NCBI GenBank assembly: GCA_963555755.3
Contig: OY820905.2
Span: forward strand, 2,112,001 to 2,176,000
DNA: 64,000 bases
Reading direction: 5' to 3'
Source: Nitrospirales bacterium
Lineage (GTDB): Bacteria > Nitrospirota > Nitrospiria > Nitrospirales > UBA8639
The notes beneath the pieces were generated by a model. That model saw only the letters and a program-made list of their open reading frames with translations. It had not been told where the DNA came from and searched no databases. Made by a program: the position numbers and the translations under genes. Of this stretch, positions 10,909 to 23,477 are shown piece after piece (position 1 is the stretch's first letter; each line of letters opens with the position of its first letter).

Positions 10909-11233
10909 GATCTCCTCCTTCTTGTTTGAAAAATAAGGATCGAAAGACAATGGGTCCCAGTCATTGTCTTCCCAGGCACTATAGTAGGCTCATGCATTCC
11001 AAGGGGCAACGGGGGAAGGTACCTGATAGAAAGTGAGGCAAGGGATACATATTTCCTCAACCAAAGATTTCAACCATTTTTCTTTTCTTTGATATTTTCA
11101 GTCACCTTGCCTCGGGTCTTATGAAGCTGATCGTTTTCTTGCACAATGCGCCGCCACTTTGGCGCGATTGCCGCACAAGGCCATGGTACACCAGCGGCGA
11201 GTGTGGTTTTTACTAATATCGGATATACGGTTA

Positions 11234-11563
11234 GGGGTCTGCATGAGTATTGACTAATGGGCACCTCTAAAAACCGTCCTTTTCCGTGATGGCGGCGTCA
11301 GCCGCGTGCTCACATCCTCATCTATTCGCCCATACATTCCGGTTTTCCGCGCGCGGTTTCCTTGCCCTCACAAAAAATGCCTGGTTTGTAGAGGTGCCCT
11401 TATATGGCATCAATGGGGCCAAGCCCCAGTTTGTCGAGATTAATTCAGAGGACTTGCAACAATGAACAAAATCATCAATCCGAAAATGACCCACAAAAAT
11501 CTCAACCTCTACACTGAATACATAAGTCAATACTCATGCCTGACCCTAATTCTGACCCTAATT
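11234..11563. mobile_element. Non-autonomous mini-element bounded by inverted GGGGTC(T/A)...TGACCC ends
   Basis: GGGGTCTGCATGAGTATTGACT (11234) is inverted relative to AGTCAATACTCATGCCTGACCC (11525); CTGACCCTAATT occurs twice at the right end. Confidence 0.7.
11259..11399. mobile_element. MITE (141 bp) nested in the mini-element
   Basis: TIRs GGGCACCTCTAAAAACC / GGTTTGTAGAGGTGCCC; no ORF. Confidence 0.7.
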
Positions 11564-12002
11564 CCGATTGCTTGGTCTGGGGTTTGGGCACTGATTGACC
11601 TTAGAGGGATACCCCGTGTATTTCGCTGACAATAGATGCCAACTGGTCAGGAATGGGACCCAGGGTGCCAGGGATATCCCATCTCAATCTGGCCCCATGG
11701 TCCTAAAGGACTTGTTGGATAATTCAAACTGTCAATTTTCAAATTGGCGGCAACAGGGGAACACCTTCAAGTGCCAGGAGAAAAGGTTCCTTTTTGGAAA
11801 GTCATAAAAGGTTTTCTAATCTGTCGCTTAAAATTTCTCCTGCAAGACGATGCCCCGCCTTCGTCATATGACTATCCCACTGAAAATACAGAGAACTTTG
11901 CTCATTTCCCTTTCTAAAATAGGGCGTTAAATCAAGGAACGGAATTCCATGCCTTTCGGAAAATTCTTGTAGCAGTGTGTTTGTATAGGATAAATCAACC
12001 GA

Positions 12003-12922
12003 TATGCCTTCCCATTTGACTAAGGTTAGTCCCTAGACTAGTCTGCTGGACTATGGACACAGGGTATGCTGCTGATATCTTGGATTTTTCTGTTAGGTTC
12101 CACACCGAAGAAGCGTGCTTCGAGTACTTGCGGGCGATTCGGTGGCCAGACGGGTTTATGTGTCCAGCTTGCGGTCATCGCGGTGGTTGGTGGCTCAAAA
12201 AATATTTCCGGTTTGAGTGTTCGTCGTGTCATAGACAGACATCACCGCTAAGCGGCACAGTGATGCATAGATCGCACTTGCCGCTACGGCTTTGGTTTTG
12301 GGCTGCCTATTTCGTCTCCACGCACACACCTGGCATCAGTGCTGTGCAATTGCAGCGTCAACTCAGTATCAAGAAGGTGGATAGCGCCTGGTATTTGCTC
12401 CACAGATTGCGACGAGGAATGGTACGACAGAACCGTGAACGGCTCGCAGGAACAGTTGAAGCCGATGAAACCCATATCGGTGGACCGGTAAAAGGCAAAA
12501 CGGGCCGTGGCGTCGCGAAAGCGAAAACCAAGACGTTAATAGCCGGAGCCGTAGAAATTGTCACGTACACACAAGGGGATCACTTTCGAGAGAAAGCAGG
12601 GCGTTTACGATTAGCGATTCTTCAAGACGCTGGAGAGAACGAGATCAAAGCATTCCTCAATAGCCATGTCGCTGAGGGCAGTAAGATCAAGTCCGATGGT
12701 TGGAAGGGATACTCGGCAAAAGCCTTTCTGAGACGGACCCAGGGTGACCCAGCAAGTGTCGCTCCACACATCCATAGAGCGTTCGGCAATCTGCAGACCT
12801 GGCTGAACGGGATTCACCATGGAGTGGATTCAAAATACCTGCAACACGCTATAACCGCCGTGAGACTCCACCTTCCAGAGTTTGTTGAAAATCCTGACCA
12901 GCAGCTGCCAGGAGTTAAATGG
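12003..12922 (+). mobile_element. IS1595 copy 2 with scrambled 3' end (part of a 1142-bp tandem duplication; possible assembly artefact)
   Basis: Matches copy 3 up to ~12725, then shows scattered micro-deletions and a hybrid junction. Confidence 0.7.
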
Positions 12923-13144
12923 GAAAGGTTCCTTTTTGGAAAGTCATAAAAGGTTTTCTAATCTGTCGCTTAAAATTTCTCCTGCAAGACGATGCCCCGC
13001 CTTCGTCATATGACTATCCCACTGAAAATACAGAGAACTTTGCTCATTTCCCTTTCTAAAATAGGGCGTTAAATCAAGGAACGGAATTCCATGCCTTTCG
13101 GAAAATTCTTGTAGCAGTGTGTTTGTATAGGATAAATCAACCGA

Positions 13145-14156
13145 TATGCCTTCCCATTTGACTAAGGTTAGTCCCTAGACTAGTCTGCTGGACTATGGAC
13201 ACAGGGTATGCTGCTGATATCTTGGATTTTTCTGTTAGGTTCCACACCGAAGAAGCGTGCTTCGAGTACTTGCGGGCGATTCGGTGGCCAGACGGGTTTA
13301 TGTGTCCAGCTTGCGGTCATCGCGGTGGTTGGTGGCTCAAAAAATATTTCCGGTTTGAGTGTTCGTCGTGTCATAGACAGACATCACCGCTAAGCGGCAC
13401 AGTGATGCATAGATCGCACTTGCCGCTACGGCTTTGGTTTTGGGCTGCCTATTTCGTCTCCACGCACACACCTGGCATCAGTGCTGTGCAATTGCAGCGT
13501 CAACTCAGTATCAAGAAGGTGGATAGCGCCTGGTATTTGCTCCACAGATTGCGACGAGGAATGGTACGACAGAACCGTGAACGGCTCGCAGGAACAGTTG
13601 AAGCCGATGAAACCCATATCGGTGGACCGGTAAAAGGCAAAACGGGCCGTGGCGTCGCGAAAGCGAAAACCAAGACGTTAATAGCCGGAGCCGTAGAAAT
13701 TGTCACGTACACACAAGGGGATCACTTTCGAGAGAAAGCAGGGCGTTTACGATTAGCGATTCTTCAAGACGCTGGAGAGAACGAGATCAAAGCATTCCTC
13801 AATAGCCATGTCGCTGAGGGCAGTAAGATCAAGTCCGATGGTTGGAAGGGATACTCGGCAAAAGCCTTGGCAGGATACGAACACCTGAGACGGACCCAGG
13901 GTGACCCAGCAAGTGCTGGGAAGCACGCTCCACACATCCATAGAGCGTTCGGCAATCTGCAGACCTGGCTGAACGGGATTCACCATGGAGTGGATTCAAA
14001 ATACCTGCAACACTATCTTGATGAGTTTGTCTTTCGCTATAACCGCCGTGAGACTCCAATGAGTACCTTCCAGAGTTTGTTGAAAATCCTGACCAGCAGC
14101 TCAAAACCCTTGGGATTCAATAAACTGAAGCAACCTTAGTTAAATGGGAAGGCATA
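13145..14156 (+). mobile_element. IS1595-family element, copy 3
   Basis: Same TIRs as copy 1; TSD TCAACCGA at 13137-13144 and 14157-14164. Confidence 0.95.
13195..14139 (+). CDS. IS1595-family transposase
   Basis: Protein identical to 528-1472. Confidence 0.95.
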   Translation: MDTGYAADILDFSVRFHTEEACFEYLRAIRWPDGFMCPACGHRGGWWLKKYFRFECSSCHRQTSPLSGTVMHRSHLPLRLWFWAAYFVSTHTPGISAVQLQRQLSIKKVDSAWYLLHRLRRGMVRQNRERLAGTVEADETHIGGPVKGKTGRGVAKAKTKTLIAGAVEIVTYTQGDHFREKAGRLRLAILQDAGENEIKAFLNSHVAEGSKIKSDGWKGYSAKALAGYEHLRRTQGDPASAGKHAPHIHRAFGNLQTWLNGIHHGVDSKYLQHYLDEFVFRYNRRETPMSTFQSLLKILTSSSKPLGFNKLKQP

Positions 14157-15404
14157 TCAACCGATTCTTCGTCAACTTTGGTGACCAACAACGCTTGCTG
14201 ATACGTTTCCTCTTCAACTTGTAACCGATTCGGAATATACATGATTAAGAATCGATGGTTGGTGAGTCTATCGATTTCGACAAGGAGAGCTTTGGTGACA
14301 TCCCATGGCCCTTCCATTTTCTCATGGAAGTTTTTAAAAAAATAATTGTCAAAGCCATCATAGGCAACTGGATTTTGTCGTAAGGGCTTGAGCAAGGCAA
14401 TTCTATAATCGATTAACGAATACAATAAGAAATGGTCACTCATAATCTTTTTTACTTTTTGGGAAAACGATAATGGTTTGGGGGTTTGATCAAGGACCAA
14501 TTCTCCACCCTGTAACATAAATGTTGGGCGCTTAGGGTTCTGTCCAAAATTGTCCATGATATCGTTGGGGAAAAAGGCAAGAACGGTAAAATCCGGTGAA
14601 AATTGCATTCCCAACTTTTTCAATAGCAAATATTCCTGTGTTGTTCCATAAGAGCTTTGGCCAAGATTTAAAAATTCCGTTCCTTCCAATTTCCGCTCTG
14701 CCACTTCACAAAATATTTCTTCGTGTTCGACACCCCACCCCCATGTGAAGGAATCGCCCAGTACCACAACCCGTTTAGAACCTACGGGTTTGGTAAAAGG
14801 GTATTCGTCATCCCGAAAGCCATGAGAATTCGTTTTGATGTTGACTGTAAATTCTCTACCTTGAAAGAGCCCCTCGTGATGAGGTATTTGAGTCCATCCA
14901 AGCTCAGGATCAAACTGATGGAAAGCACTCAGGGCATTAAACGTGACAAACTTGTAACCTCCAACCCGTAAAAATATTTCACAAACCAGCAACACAACCA
15001 GTATGGAGACGACCGTGAGCAATGCGTTTTTGGCGAAAGACTTCATATGATGGCTCCTGGCAGAAATGATTTCTGAAGCCTTGGTTCGCGACCAAGAAAC
15101 ATAATATGGGTAAATGTGCCGAGGTAGGGTACCCGACTTTTCTCAATGCCATGGAAGAAAAACTCCCCCAAATACACAACTTTCATTGTCTTCAACATCC
15201 AAAGTCTACAAAAATCTTAAAAAATTTCTCCGAATTATAAACGGAACCATTGGAAATGCAAACGTGTGGCCAGGCAAAGGTAGGAAGAAGAATGGTACAC
15301 TAGGAGCGAGAGACACCCGGTACCTGGCGTATGTATTTTGGGGGAACTGTTGGGGCACTTATCAAAATTTCCAAAAGGTCGTGAGGCTTTGTTGACCGTT
15401 GCAA

Positions 15405-16258
15405 TGACCGGCTGGTTGGTCATCATGCCGCCATGGCTTTCAGCCACCGTTCCTCCGCAACTCCTGTTTGAGTCAGCTGAAGGCATGCAACCAATTGCGC
15501 AACGACTTCAGCAGGTGGATCCCCAACAATTTCTGGCAATCATGGATTTCATGGGGCTTCAACATCCGGGGCCACCCATTCGGGTGATCCTTGCACCGGA
15601 TGGGTCCGACCTCGCGCAACACGTACCGGCGTGGGTCGTCGGGTATGCCATAGGACAGGCATCCACGATTGTGCTGCTCACCGACCGGGTTGCCAACTAT
15701 CCCTATGATTCACTCGAAGGGGTCCTATTCCATGAAATTGGGCATATTTTGACTCATCGGGCAGCAGGTGGACACGATGTCCCACGATGGTTGGATGAAG
15801 GTTTGGCCATGATGGCGGCCCGCACCTGGAATATCGAAGAAAGGGCCAGGCTGGTGTGGGCCATGGTCGCTGGGCACCAGGTATCATTTGACGAGCTGAA
15901 CGAGTGGTTTGTCACCGATGGCCCCTCAGCCAGGCGTGCGTATGTCATCGCCCATGCGTTGACGCTGTATCTTCTCGACCAGACATCACCTGATTTTCCC
16001 AAGCGCCTGCTTGCCAAGGTCGCCACAGGCACTCCCTTTCGAAACGCCTTTGCCCAGACCGCATTGATGACCCTTGAACAAGCCGAAACCAAATTTTGGA
16101 TGCAACAAACGCTGTGGAATCGTTGGATCCCCGTGGCGACAAGCTCAGGGATGGTGTGGTTGATGATTGCTGCGTTGGTTTTTTATGCCGCGAGAAGGCA
16201 GCGAAAACGAGCCGCCGCCATTCAACAACGCTGGGAGGAAGAAGACCTGGGGCCCTAA
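15405..16258 (+). CDS. Peptidase MA-like zinc metalloprotease with C-terminal TM helix
   Basis: HEIGH...VPRWLDEGLA; start position uncertain. Confidence 0.8.
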
Positions 16259-16492
16259 TTCGTCAGATGGAACTATCGCCACATCATTCTGTCCAGAGGT
16301 GAAACATCCCAGCCGCCCAAAGGGATTTGAAGCTCCACATGGATATGTGTTACTAAATCTGGGAACCGCAGTTGGGTGCAAAACCGCCGTTTCCAGGCTA
16401 ACGCTCACCCTGCATGTCACCTAGACTTTTTGGTGTGCGACCCTCCCCGTTTCATACCTCATATCTAACGCCTGATTCTGAAAAGGAAGAAA

Positions 16493-17347
16493 ATGGGAAA
16501 CAAGGATATACTGCCTTCTCGAGAATTCGGGCTAATCATGGGCCTGATAATTGGAAAGTTTTGTCTGAAAATGGAGGACCTCCATTATGGGTATTGGACT
16601 GATGATCTACCGGTAGAAGTTCAAAATCTCCCGAAGGCACAGGCTCAGTACACAGAGGTTCTGATAGGGAATATTCCGGAAGGGGTTCGGACGATTCTGG
16701 ATGTGGGATGTGGAACAGGCCACACGGCACGGAAACTACTCGACAGAGGCTACCAGGTTGATTGTGTATCTCCCAACCCGCACCTCACCAAACTTGCGAA
16801 AGAAAAGCTTGGCGATCAGTCTACAATTTTTGAGTGCCGGTACCAAGAGTTGGACACGGACCGAAAATACGATTTAGTCCTCTTTAGCGAAAGCTTTCTG
16901 TTCATTCATCCAGCCGAAGCCGGGATGAAGATGTCCGAGCACATTCTCAATAAAGATGGCCACATTTTAATTACGGATGTCTTTAAAATGACTCCCGATG
17001 GCCAAAGCCCTATTGGGGGCGGACACCATATGCACATTTTTCATGACACCTTTTCCAATTCTCCCTTCAAGCTGCTGAAAGAAGACGATATCACCAAGAA
17101 CATTGCTCCAACGTTTGATGTGTTGAATGATGCCTACACACAATGTATAAAGCCGGCCTACGATTTACTCATGACACGTTTCAAGGCAAGCTATCCCTTG
17201 GCGATGAAATTTATCCTGTGGAAGTTCAGGGCAAAATTTGAAAAAATTGAAAAGAAACATTTTTCTGGAAAGCGAACCGCTGCAAACTTCGCCAAACACA
17301 AATCCTACCGCCTCTTCCTTTTTCAGAAGGTGCAAGCCACTTCTTAA
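16493..17347 (+). CDS. Class I SAM-dependent methyltransferase
   Basis: LHYGYW, ILDVGCGTG. Confidence 0.9.
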   Translation: MGNKDILPSREFGLIMGLIIGKFCLKMEDLHYGYWTDDLPVEVQNLPKAQAQYTEVLIGNIPEGVRTILDVGCGTGHTARKLLDRGYQVDCVSPNPHLTKLAKEKLGDQSTIFECRYQELDTDRKYDLVLFSESFLFIHPAEAGMKMSEHILNKDGHILITDVFKMTPDGQSPIGGGHHMHIFHDTFSNSPFKLLKEDDITKNIAPTFDVLNDAYTQCIKPAYDLLMTRFKASYPLAMKFILWKFRAKFEKIEKKHFSGKRTAANFAKHKSYRLFLFQKVQATS

Positions 17348-17602
17348 ACAACGACTCAACCTTTACCCACGACTTTCAGAGTGAACATGGATTTATCCTG
17401 ACCGTTCACCATCCTGAGGCAGAAAATATTCCATACCTTCAAATATGGTCGAAAGTTGCCCTCCAGTTGTCGACCTTGTACTCACCCCAGAACAATGTCT
17501 AACCATGACCTGCACTCTGCTTCTACTCACGAGTCGAGTGTGAATCAGAAGACTCTCACGACACACCCAATCCCTCGCCTTCATTCCGGTCTCAACTCTT
17601 GA

Positions 17603-18292
17603 CTACAATTCCATTTTCGGTAGTTTTCGGAAAATAACCACATCGTCTCCAATGATTGTAGCGTTGGTCTGCCATTGAACAGCGAGCCATTCAAAGGTGG
17701 AACGGGAGAAAAATGAGACGTGAGTGGGGTCCTTTTTGTAGTACCAATTTGCAAAACGGTCTTTGGTGGGTGCGAGTTTAGTCATGATGCCCAAATAGCC
17801 TCCAAGTATGAGGCAATCCCAGAGCCCATTCAAATCTTGGCCAGGGAGATGAAGATGCTCCAGCACTTCGGTTGCCGTAATAAAATCATAGGTCTCATGA
17901 AGGGCTGTTGGGTGAGGGGCATAAAACGAATCGTAAAGCGTCATAGCATGCCCCTGTTCTTCAAACATCAGGGATAGAGTCGGACCCGGGCCTGATCCAA
18001 AGTCGAGGCCGCGACCGCCCTGAGTCAACAAGGGATGGAGAGGATCAAACAGCCGACTCAAGAATTTTCGATAAGCCGGGTCATCAGGATTATTTTCATG
18101 AGTGTCATATCGAGCTTTTTCCTCCTCAGCTGACAGGAAATAGTCAGGCGGCACAAACGTTAACGAACATGTGGAACATTGAAAATACTCCCGGATAGAA
18201 TCTTGGAAAAAAAGAAAGACCCGTTCCGCAAAGCATAAAGGACAGGAGGTCTGGGAAGATATCTGCTTGGCTCCCATGCCGGGTTTAACCAT
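17603..18292 (-). CDS. SAM-dependent methyltransferase with N-terminal Zn ribbon
   Basis: CPLC/CSTC, GLDFGSGPGP, WYYKKDPTHVSFFS; start uncertain. Confidence 0.85.
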   Translation of the reverse strand: MVKPGMGAKQISSQTSCPLCFAERVFLFFQDSIREYFQCSTCSLTFVPPDYFLSAEEEKARYDTHENNPDDPAYRKFLSRLFDPLHPLLTQGGRGLDFGSGPGPTLSLMFEEQGHAMTLYDSFYAPHPTALHETYDFITATEVLEHLHLPGQDLNGLWDCLILGGYLGIMTKLAPTKDRFANWYYKKDPTHVSFFSRSTFEWLAVQWQTNATIIGDDVVIFRKLPKMEL

Positions 18293-18494
18293 TTTTTTCC
18301 TTGAATTTCTCAAAAGAATTGAAAGCGATAGCCCAGAAAAACGTCAACAGCGCAATACAAGTAACGCTTATACCAATTTGTCCAAATAATAGCGGTGTTG
18401 AAAAAATGCCAGAGGTGTCCAACTCTATTTGGATATAATGTTTTTGGCCTTCTAGAAAATACCAGAAGCCCACAATTAAATACTCGAACGGGTA

Positions 18495-19595
18495 TTAGCT
18501 ACGCCAGCGGAGTGTGGTGGGTTTGAGTGGGTTTTTGAACGGGCGGCCTTCTTCAGCAGCGCGAGTCCATTCTTCTTTGAGCTGGTGGTACCATTTCACC
18601 GGGACTCCAGAGTCTGGAATGTTCATAATTAAGTTCTTGGAATTGGTTTTTAACCCTTCCTGTTGCAATTTGGCAAAATGAACATCCTGACTCAAAAACG
18701 TGTGGCAAAAATACCGAATAATGGGCTTAAAAGGGGTCATCCACGGGGTCACCCAGTAGGTGGCATGATTAATCTCTGTGGACGTTTCGTCGACAGGCGT
18801 TAAGGCTGTATATCCCGTGAACAGGGTGTGTTTTCCCAAAGTAATATGCTCGATACGAATACCAGGTAGCTGGAAACGAATTTCTGTTTCTAGAGCCCAA
18901 CCAACGAGCTTGTACACAGTGGCATTTTTAGAAGGCTTGTGTCGAAGCATGGCGTAACCGTTATCAAAAGGAACAAACGTTTTGACTTTGTCGTGAATTC
19001 TTTTGGACGAACTGAACCACCAGGATGTATGAACAAAAGGCACATGAGCTGGGTCCATCAGGCCAATAATAGAAATATCAATAAAAGAGGGGAGCTGCAA
19101 AACATTTCTACCCACATTCACATAGGCGTACCCATCAATCCCTGGAACCTGGGGGACTCCCGGTAGATGATCGGTCCGATCACCAATAAATACCCAGATG
19201 TTGCGCTGAAATTCCTGGCAAGGATAAGAGCGTGTTTTAATTTTTTCTATTTCAAAGCCTTGCCCTTCTACCAGAGCAGGAATCGCTTTACAGATGCCTT
19301 TCGTATCAAATCGCCAACCGTGAAAACAACAGGTGACTTCTTGGCCATCGAACTTCCCATGATGAAGAGGCATACCTTGGTGAGGGCAAATATTATTCAG
19401 GGCAAACACATGACCATCTTTGTCTCGTCCTATGAGAATTTCTTCCCCACAGATGGTTTTTTTGAGGGTTTTACAGGTCTTAAGCTGTTCACTGTGTGCA
19501 GCATAATACCAGCTGTTTTGTAAGAATACCCGTGGTTTATGGGTAATAAGTTCCCGGGCCAAAGTACTGGACTTTTGTGCGAGTGAATCTGTCAA
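18495..19595 (-). CDS. Rieske non-heme iron oxygenase (aromatic ring-hydroxylating type)
   Basis: CPHQG...CCFHGW Rieske motif; DPAHVPFVH iron site. Confidence 0.9.
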   Translation of the reverse strand: MTDSLAQKSSTLARELITHKPRVFLQNSWYYAAHSEQLKTCKTLKKTICGEEILIGRDKDGHVFALNNICPHQGMPLHHGKFDGQEVTCCFHGWRFDTKGICKAIPALVEGQGFEIEKIKTRSYPCQEFQRNIWVFIGDRTDHLPGVPQVPGIDGYAYVNVGRNVLQLPSFIDISIIGLMDPAHVPFVHTSWWFSSSKRIHDKVKTFVPFDNGYAMLRHKPSKNATVYKLVGWALETEIRFQLPGIRIEHITLGKHTLFTGYTALTPVDETSTEINHATYWVTPWMTPFKPIIRYFCHTFLSQDVHFAKLQQEGLKTNSKNLIMNIPDSGVPVKWYHQLKEEWTRAAEEGRPFKNPLKPTTLRWRS

Positions 19596-19778
19596 AGTCG
19601 GTTACTCAGAAAATAAAGTGGCGATGAGACTGTTATCAAGGTACTGAATAGATAGATCCAGCATATGCCCCCGAGCAATCAATTTCAAGAAGGGATGATA
19701 CGATACAGTTTTGGATCAGATCGGGACGTAAATCTCTTTCCCAAAGAATCCGTCGGACCCGTGTTTCTGTGCCGTGTT

Positions 19779-21037
19779 TATAGTGGACCCCAGAATTCAG
19801 ACCACGAGTTTAGTAAGATGAGGCCGTGGTTTGAAAGGGGGGCGCGATGGGGAAAATACGGGTCAGGCATAGTGCTGAATTTAAGGCCAAGGTGGCGCTT
19901 GAAGCGGTGAAGGGGCTGAAGACGGTCAACGAGTTGGCTGGACAGTATCAGCTCCACCCGACGCAGATCAGCCAATGGAAGCGGCAGGTGCAAGGTGGCG
20001 CGAAAGAACTGTTTGCTCGGGGGCCGGGGAAGGGCCACCAAGAGAGCGAAGCCGTGCAAGCGAAATTGTACGAAGAAGTCGGGCGCTTGAAGATGGAGTT
20101 GGACTGGATAAAAAAACTGCCGGGCTCGGTTGAAGGGAAACGCCAGTGGGTTGAGCCTGGGCACCCCCATCTCAGCCTCCGACGACAGTGTGAGGTACTG
20201 GGGCTGGGCTGAGCGAATTGGTACTACCATCCGGCAGAAGAAAGCGCGGAGACGCTGGAACTGATGCAACACATTGATCGGCAATATACCCGGACACCAT
20301 TTTATGGGAGTCGTCGGATGACCGTGGCTCTGAACGGGAAAGGCTATGAGGTGAATCGCAAGCGGGTGCAGCGCCTCATGCAGCTGATGGGGTTGGCCGG
20401 CGTGACCCCGGGCCCGCACATGAGCCGCCCGCATCCGACTCACCCCATCTATCCCTATTTGCTGCGAGACCTGGTGATTGATCGACCGAACCAGGTGTGG
20501 TGCACCGATGTGACGTATCTTCCGATGCCCCGAGGCTGTCTGTTTCTGGTGGTCATTCTGGATTGGTATAGCCGGTATGTCTTAGCCTGGATGGTGTCGA
20601 ATCCCAGGATACGGCGATTTGCCTCAATGCGCTGGAGCAAGCCTTCACCCACGGGTGTCCAGAGATCTTCAACAGTGATCAAGGGTGTCAGTTCACCAGC
20701 ATAGCCTTCACGAGTCGGCTGCTGGCAGCTGGGGTGCAGATCAGCATGGATGGACGGGGCGGGTCTTTGATAACATCTTTATCGAACGGCTGTGGCGCAC
20801 CATCAAGTATGAATATCTGTATCTGACTGACCATCGTGATGGCTCAGAACTGGAGCGAGGCTTAACCACGTATTTCCGATTTTATAACACGGCGCGGCCT
20901 CATCAAGCATTGGGCTATCGTATGCCAGAACGAGTACATTTCCAATTGCCAGGCGAGAAAGACAATACGTAAAAACCATAATGTCAGAGCTTACTTATTT
21001 TATGAACTCGCTGGTCTTGACAATGGGGTCCACTTTA
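19779..21037 (+). mobile_element. IS3-family element, degenerate
   Basis: TIRs TATAGTGGACCCC / GGGGTCCACTTTA; orfA HTH, then WCTDVTY and DNIFIERLWRTIKYE in broken frames. Confidence 0.88.
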
Positions 21038-21767
21038 GTCGGATCACACTCACGGGCGAGAAACACGTCTTGGGTTTTGTGGAAACGGGAACCGAAAATG
21101 AGTCTGTGCTCACACCCTTTCTCCAGGAGTTGGGTGAGCGCGGCCTCGATAGCTCCCAAGGCCTGTTGGTGATTCTCGATGGGGGAAAAGGCCTGCGAGC
21201 GGCCGTGCGCCAAGCCTTTGGCCACTCAGCGCTGGTGCAGCGGTGCCAGTGGCACAAACGAGAGAATGTGGTAAAGCATGTACCGAAAGGCGAACAAGTC
21301 ACCTGGCGACGACGGCTTCAACGAGCGTATCAGCGCCCGACGTATGTGGAAGCCCAGACGGCGTTACACGGCCTGCAGAGGGAGCTGGAGGCCCGGAAGC
21401 AATCAGTAGCCCAAAGCTTAGGGGAAGGTCTGGAGGAAACGTTGACGTTGCATCGGCTGGGCGTCTTTGCCCTCGTCGGCTTGTCCTTCAAGACCATGAA
21501 TTGCCTGGAATCGATCAATGCCTTGGTGGAAGAGCGGTGTGCCAAGGTGGATCGCTGGACGAATTCTCACCAGCGGCAACGCTGATTGGCCACGGCATTG
21601 CTGGATATCGAACCACGGCTTCGGAGGGTCAAGGGCTATCGGCACTTGCCCAAGCTACGTGAGGCCCTGCGACGAGATTTGAAAATTGAGAAAGCCATGA
21701 CAAAGAAGGTTGCGTAACGTGAACATCGGAGCCGTGGAAAATTTCAACTAACTTTGGGCTTGACTCC
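21038..21767 (+). pseudogene. IS256-family transposase, 3' fragment with premature stop
   Basis: VILDGGKGL, QRCQWHKREN, NCLESIN; stop at 21583-21585. Confidence 0.85.
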
Positions 21768-21868
21768 CCGTAAAAGTTTGCATGGAAACTCACGAGGTTG
21801 AAGGTGAGCCGGCAAAAAATGGTGTCCATGAAGGCAAGGGTCATCATCACATTCTGGTGGATATCGAT

Positions 21869-23426
21869 TTAATGAAACACCACATGGCAAAATACCAGAG
21901 ACGCCAAAAGCAGCCCTCCGAACCAACCAACCTTTTTCGTAGAAACGTTAAGCAATTCCCCCCAGCCTTGGGGCCAACCATTCTTCACAATTGTTGGAAT
22001 GGCCACCACGAAGATGACCGCAATAATGATAAGAGTAGAGCGATTGAGGTAGTTCATGTCCGGTGCCAGCCACTTTAATAATATAGTGAGCCCAACACTT
22101 CCAATGAGAGTATGGAATACCAGCTTTTTAGATGAGCTGATTAGAAATACAGCACAAACAATAAGAAATACAAATCCATTTTTTACGTAGTAGGAAGCCT
22201 CGTTAAACCAGTGCGTGAGGGCAAAATTTGGGTCCTCAAATTTTACGTAGACAACCACATAGGCAAAGAATAAACCAGCACACAAAGCTCCGATTATCCC
22301 TTTTCTACCCATAGAAACCATTTCACTATCTGTTGCGTCGGGTTTAATATATTTCTTATATATATCTACTGACCACAGGGTCGAAACCGAATGGAAAATG
22401 GAGTCTACACTGCTCATGAGCGAAGCAAACAAACCGCAAAGAATGAATCCTTTTAACCCATGGGGTATCAGTTCAATAATCAAAGTTGGATAGGCAAGAT
22501 CCGGATCAGAAAGCGGCCGATGTGAAAGGATTCCCACCAGAGCTATCCCAGGAATGATAATAATCAAGGCCATCAAGTACTTTAAGAACCCACCAACAAT
22601 TAATCCTACTTGGGCGTGGTAGAGGTTTTTGGCTGCCAGTGCCCGCTGTAAAATAATTTGGTTGCAACCCCAATAATTGAGATTTAAGAGCATCATTCCG
22701 AAGAGAGCAGGCCAGGGAAGTTTGGGATGATCCGATGGCATATGCAAGTGCATCAAGTTTGGAGTTTTTTCGTAAAGCATCGTCCACCCACCCAGTTCCT
22801 TCATTGCTACAGCAACAAGGATCACCCCCCCCTACGACCATTAAGACAAATTGAGCGATGTCTGTTCTTACGACGGCGCCCATTCCACCTAAATAGGTAT
22901 ACGTTGCCGAGAAAACTCCCAATATTATTGTAATCATAAAAATGCGGACCATGGGGTCGTAATGAATAAAACGAATGTTTTCTTCAAAAATAGCATTGAC
23001 GGCATAAGCCCCCCAAAAGAGCGCTGAGCCAAGATAAAGAAACCCATAGAGCAAGATCATTAACATGGAATAGGTGAGAGCTACCTGCGATCCGAGTCTC
23101 TGTTCAAAAAATTGGCTAATAGTGGTTACCTTAGCCGCAAGGTAGAGCGGGATAAAAACAAATGCGGCGATTAAAATACCCAGAATCGCGTTGATTTCAA
23201 AATTTGCCTGCACCAATCCATATAAATAAGCCGACCCGGCCATTCCAATAAAATGACCAGCATGGATGTTTGTGGAAATTGTCGAAAATGCAATGACAGG
23301 CCAACGAAGGGTGTTCGATTTTAAAAAATATTCATGCGCCGTGGTATTTTTGTCGTCCCTCTTTACAATCCCTTAAGTAAAGATAACGATAAAATAGGTC
23401 GAGATTATAATAAGATCCAAAACCAT
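21869..23426 (-). pseudogene. Sodium:solute symporter (SSS) family, in-frame stop plus frameshift
   Basis: GGMGAVVRTD, WGCNQIILQRALAAKN, SLMSSVDS; TAA at codon 18 and a frameshift at the C8 run near 22825. Confidence 0.85.
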
Positions 23427-23477
23427 AAAAAAATGGACCATTAACAGGTTGCTGAAGAATGGTTTTTAGGGGTGCCC

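Larger units (their letters stand above)
12944..15046 (-). pseudogene. SGNH/GDSL hydrolase family gene split by IS1595
   Basis: GDSFTWG block in the 5' part. Across the TSD the frame continues SVDLSYTNTLL...YFQWDSHMTKAGHRLAGE..ENLL* (DxH motif), stopping at 12944. Confidence 0.88.
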
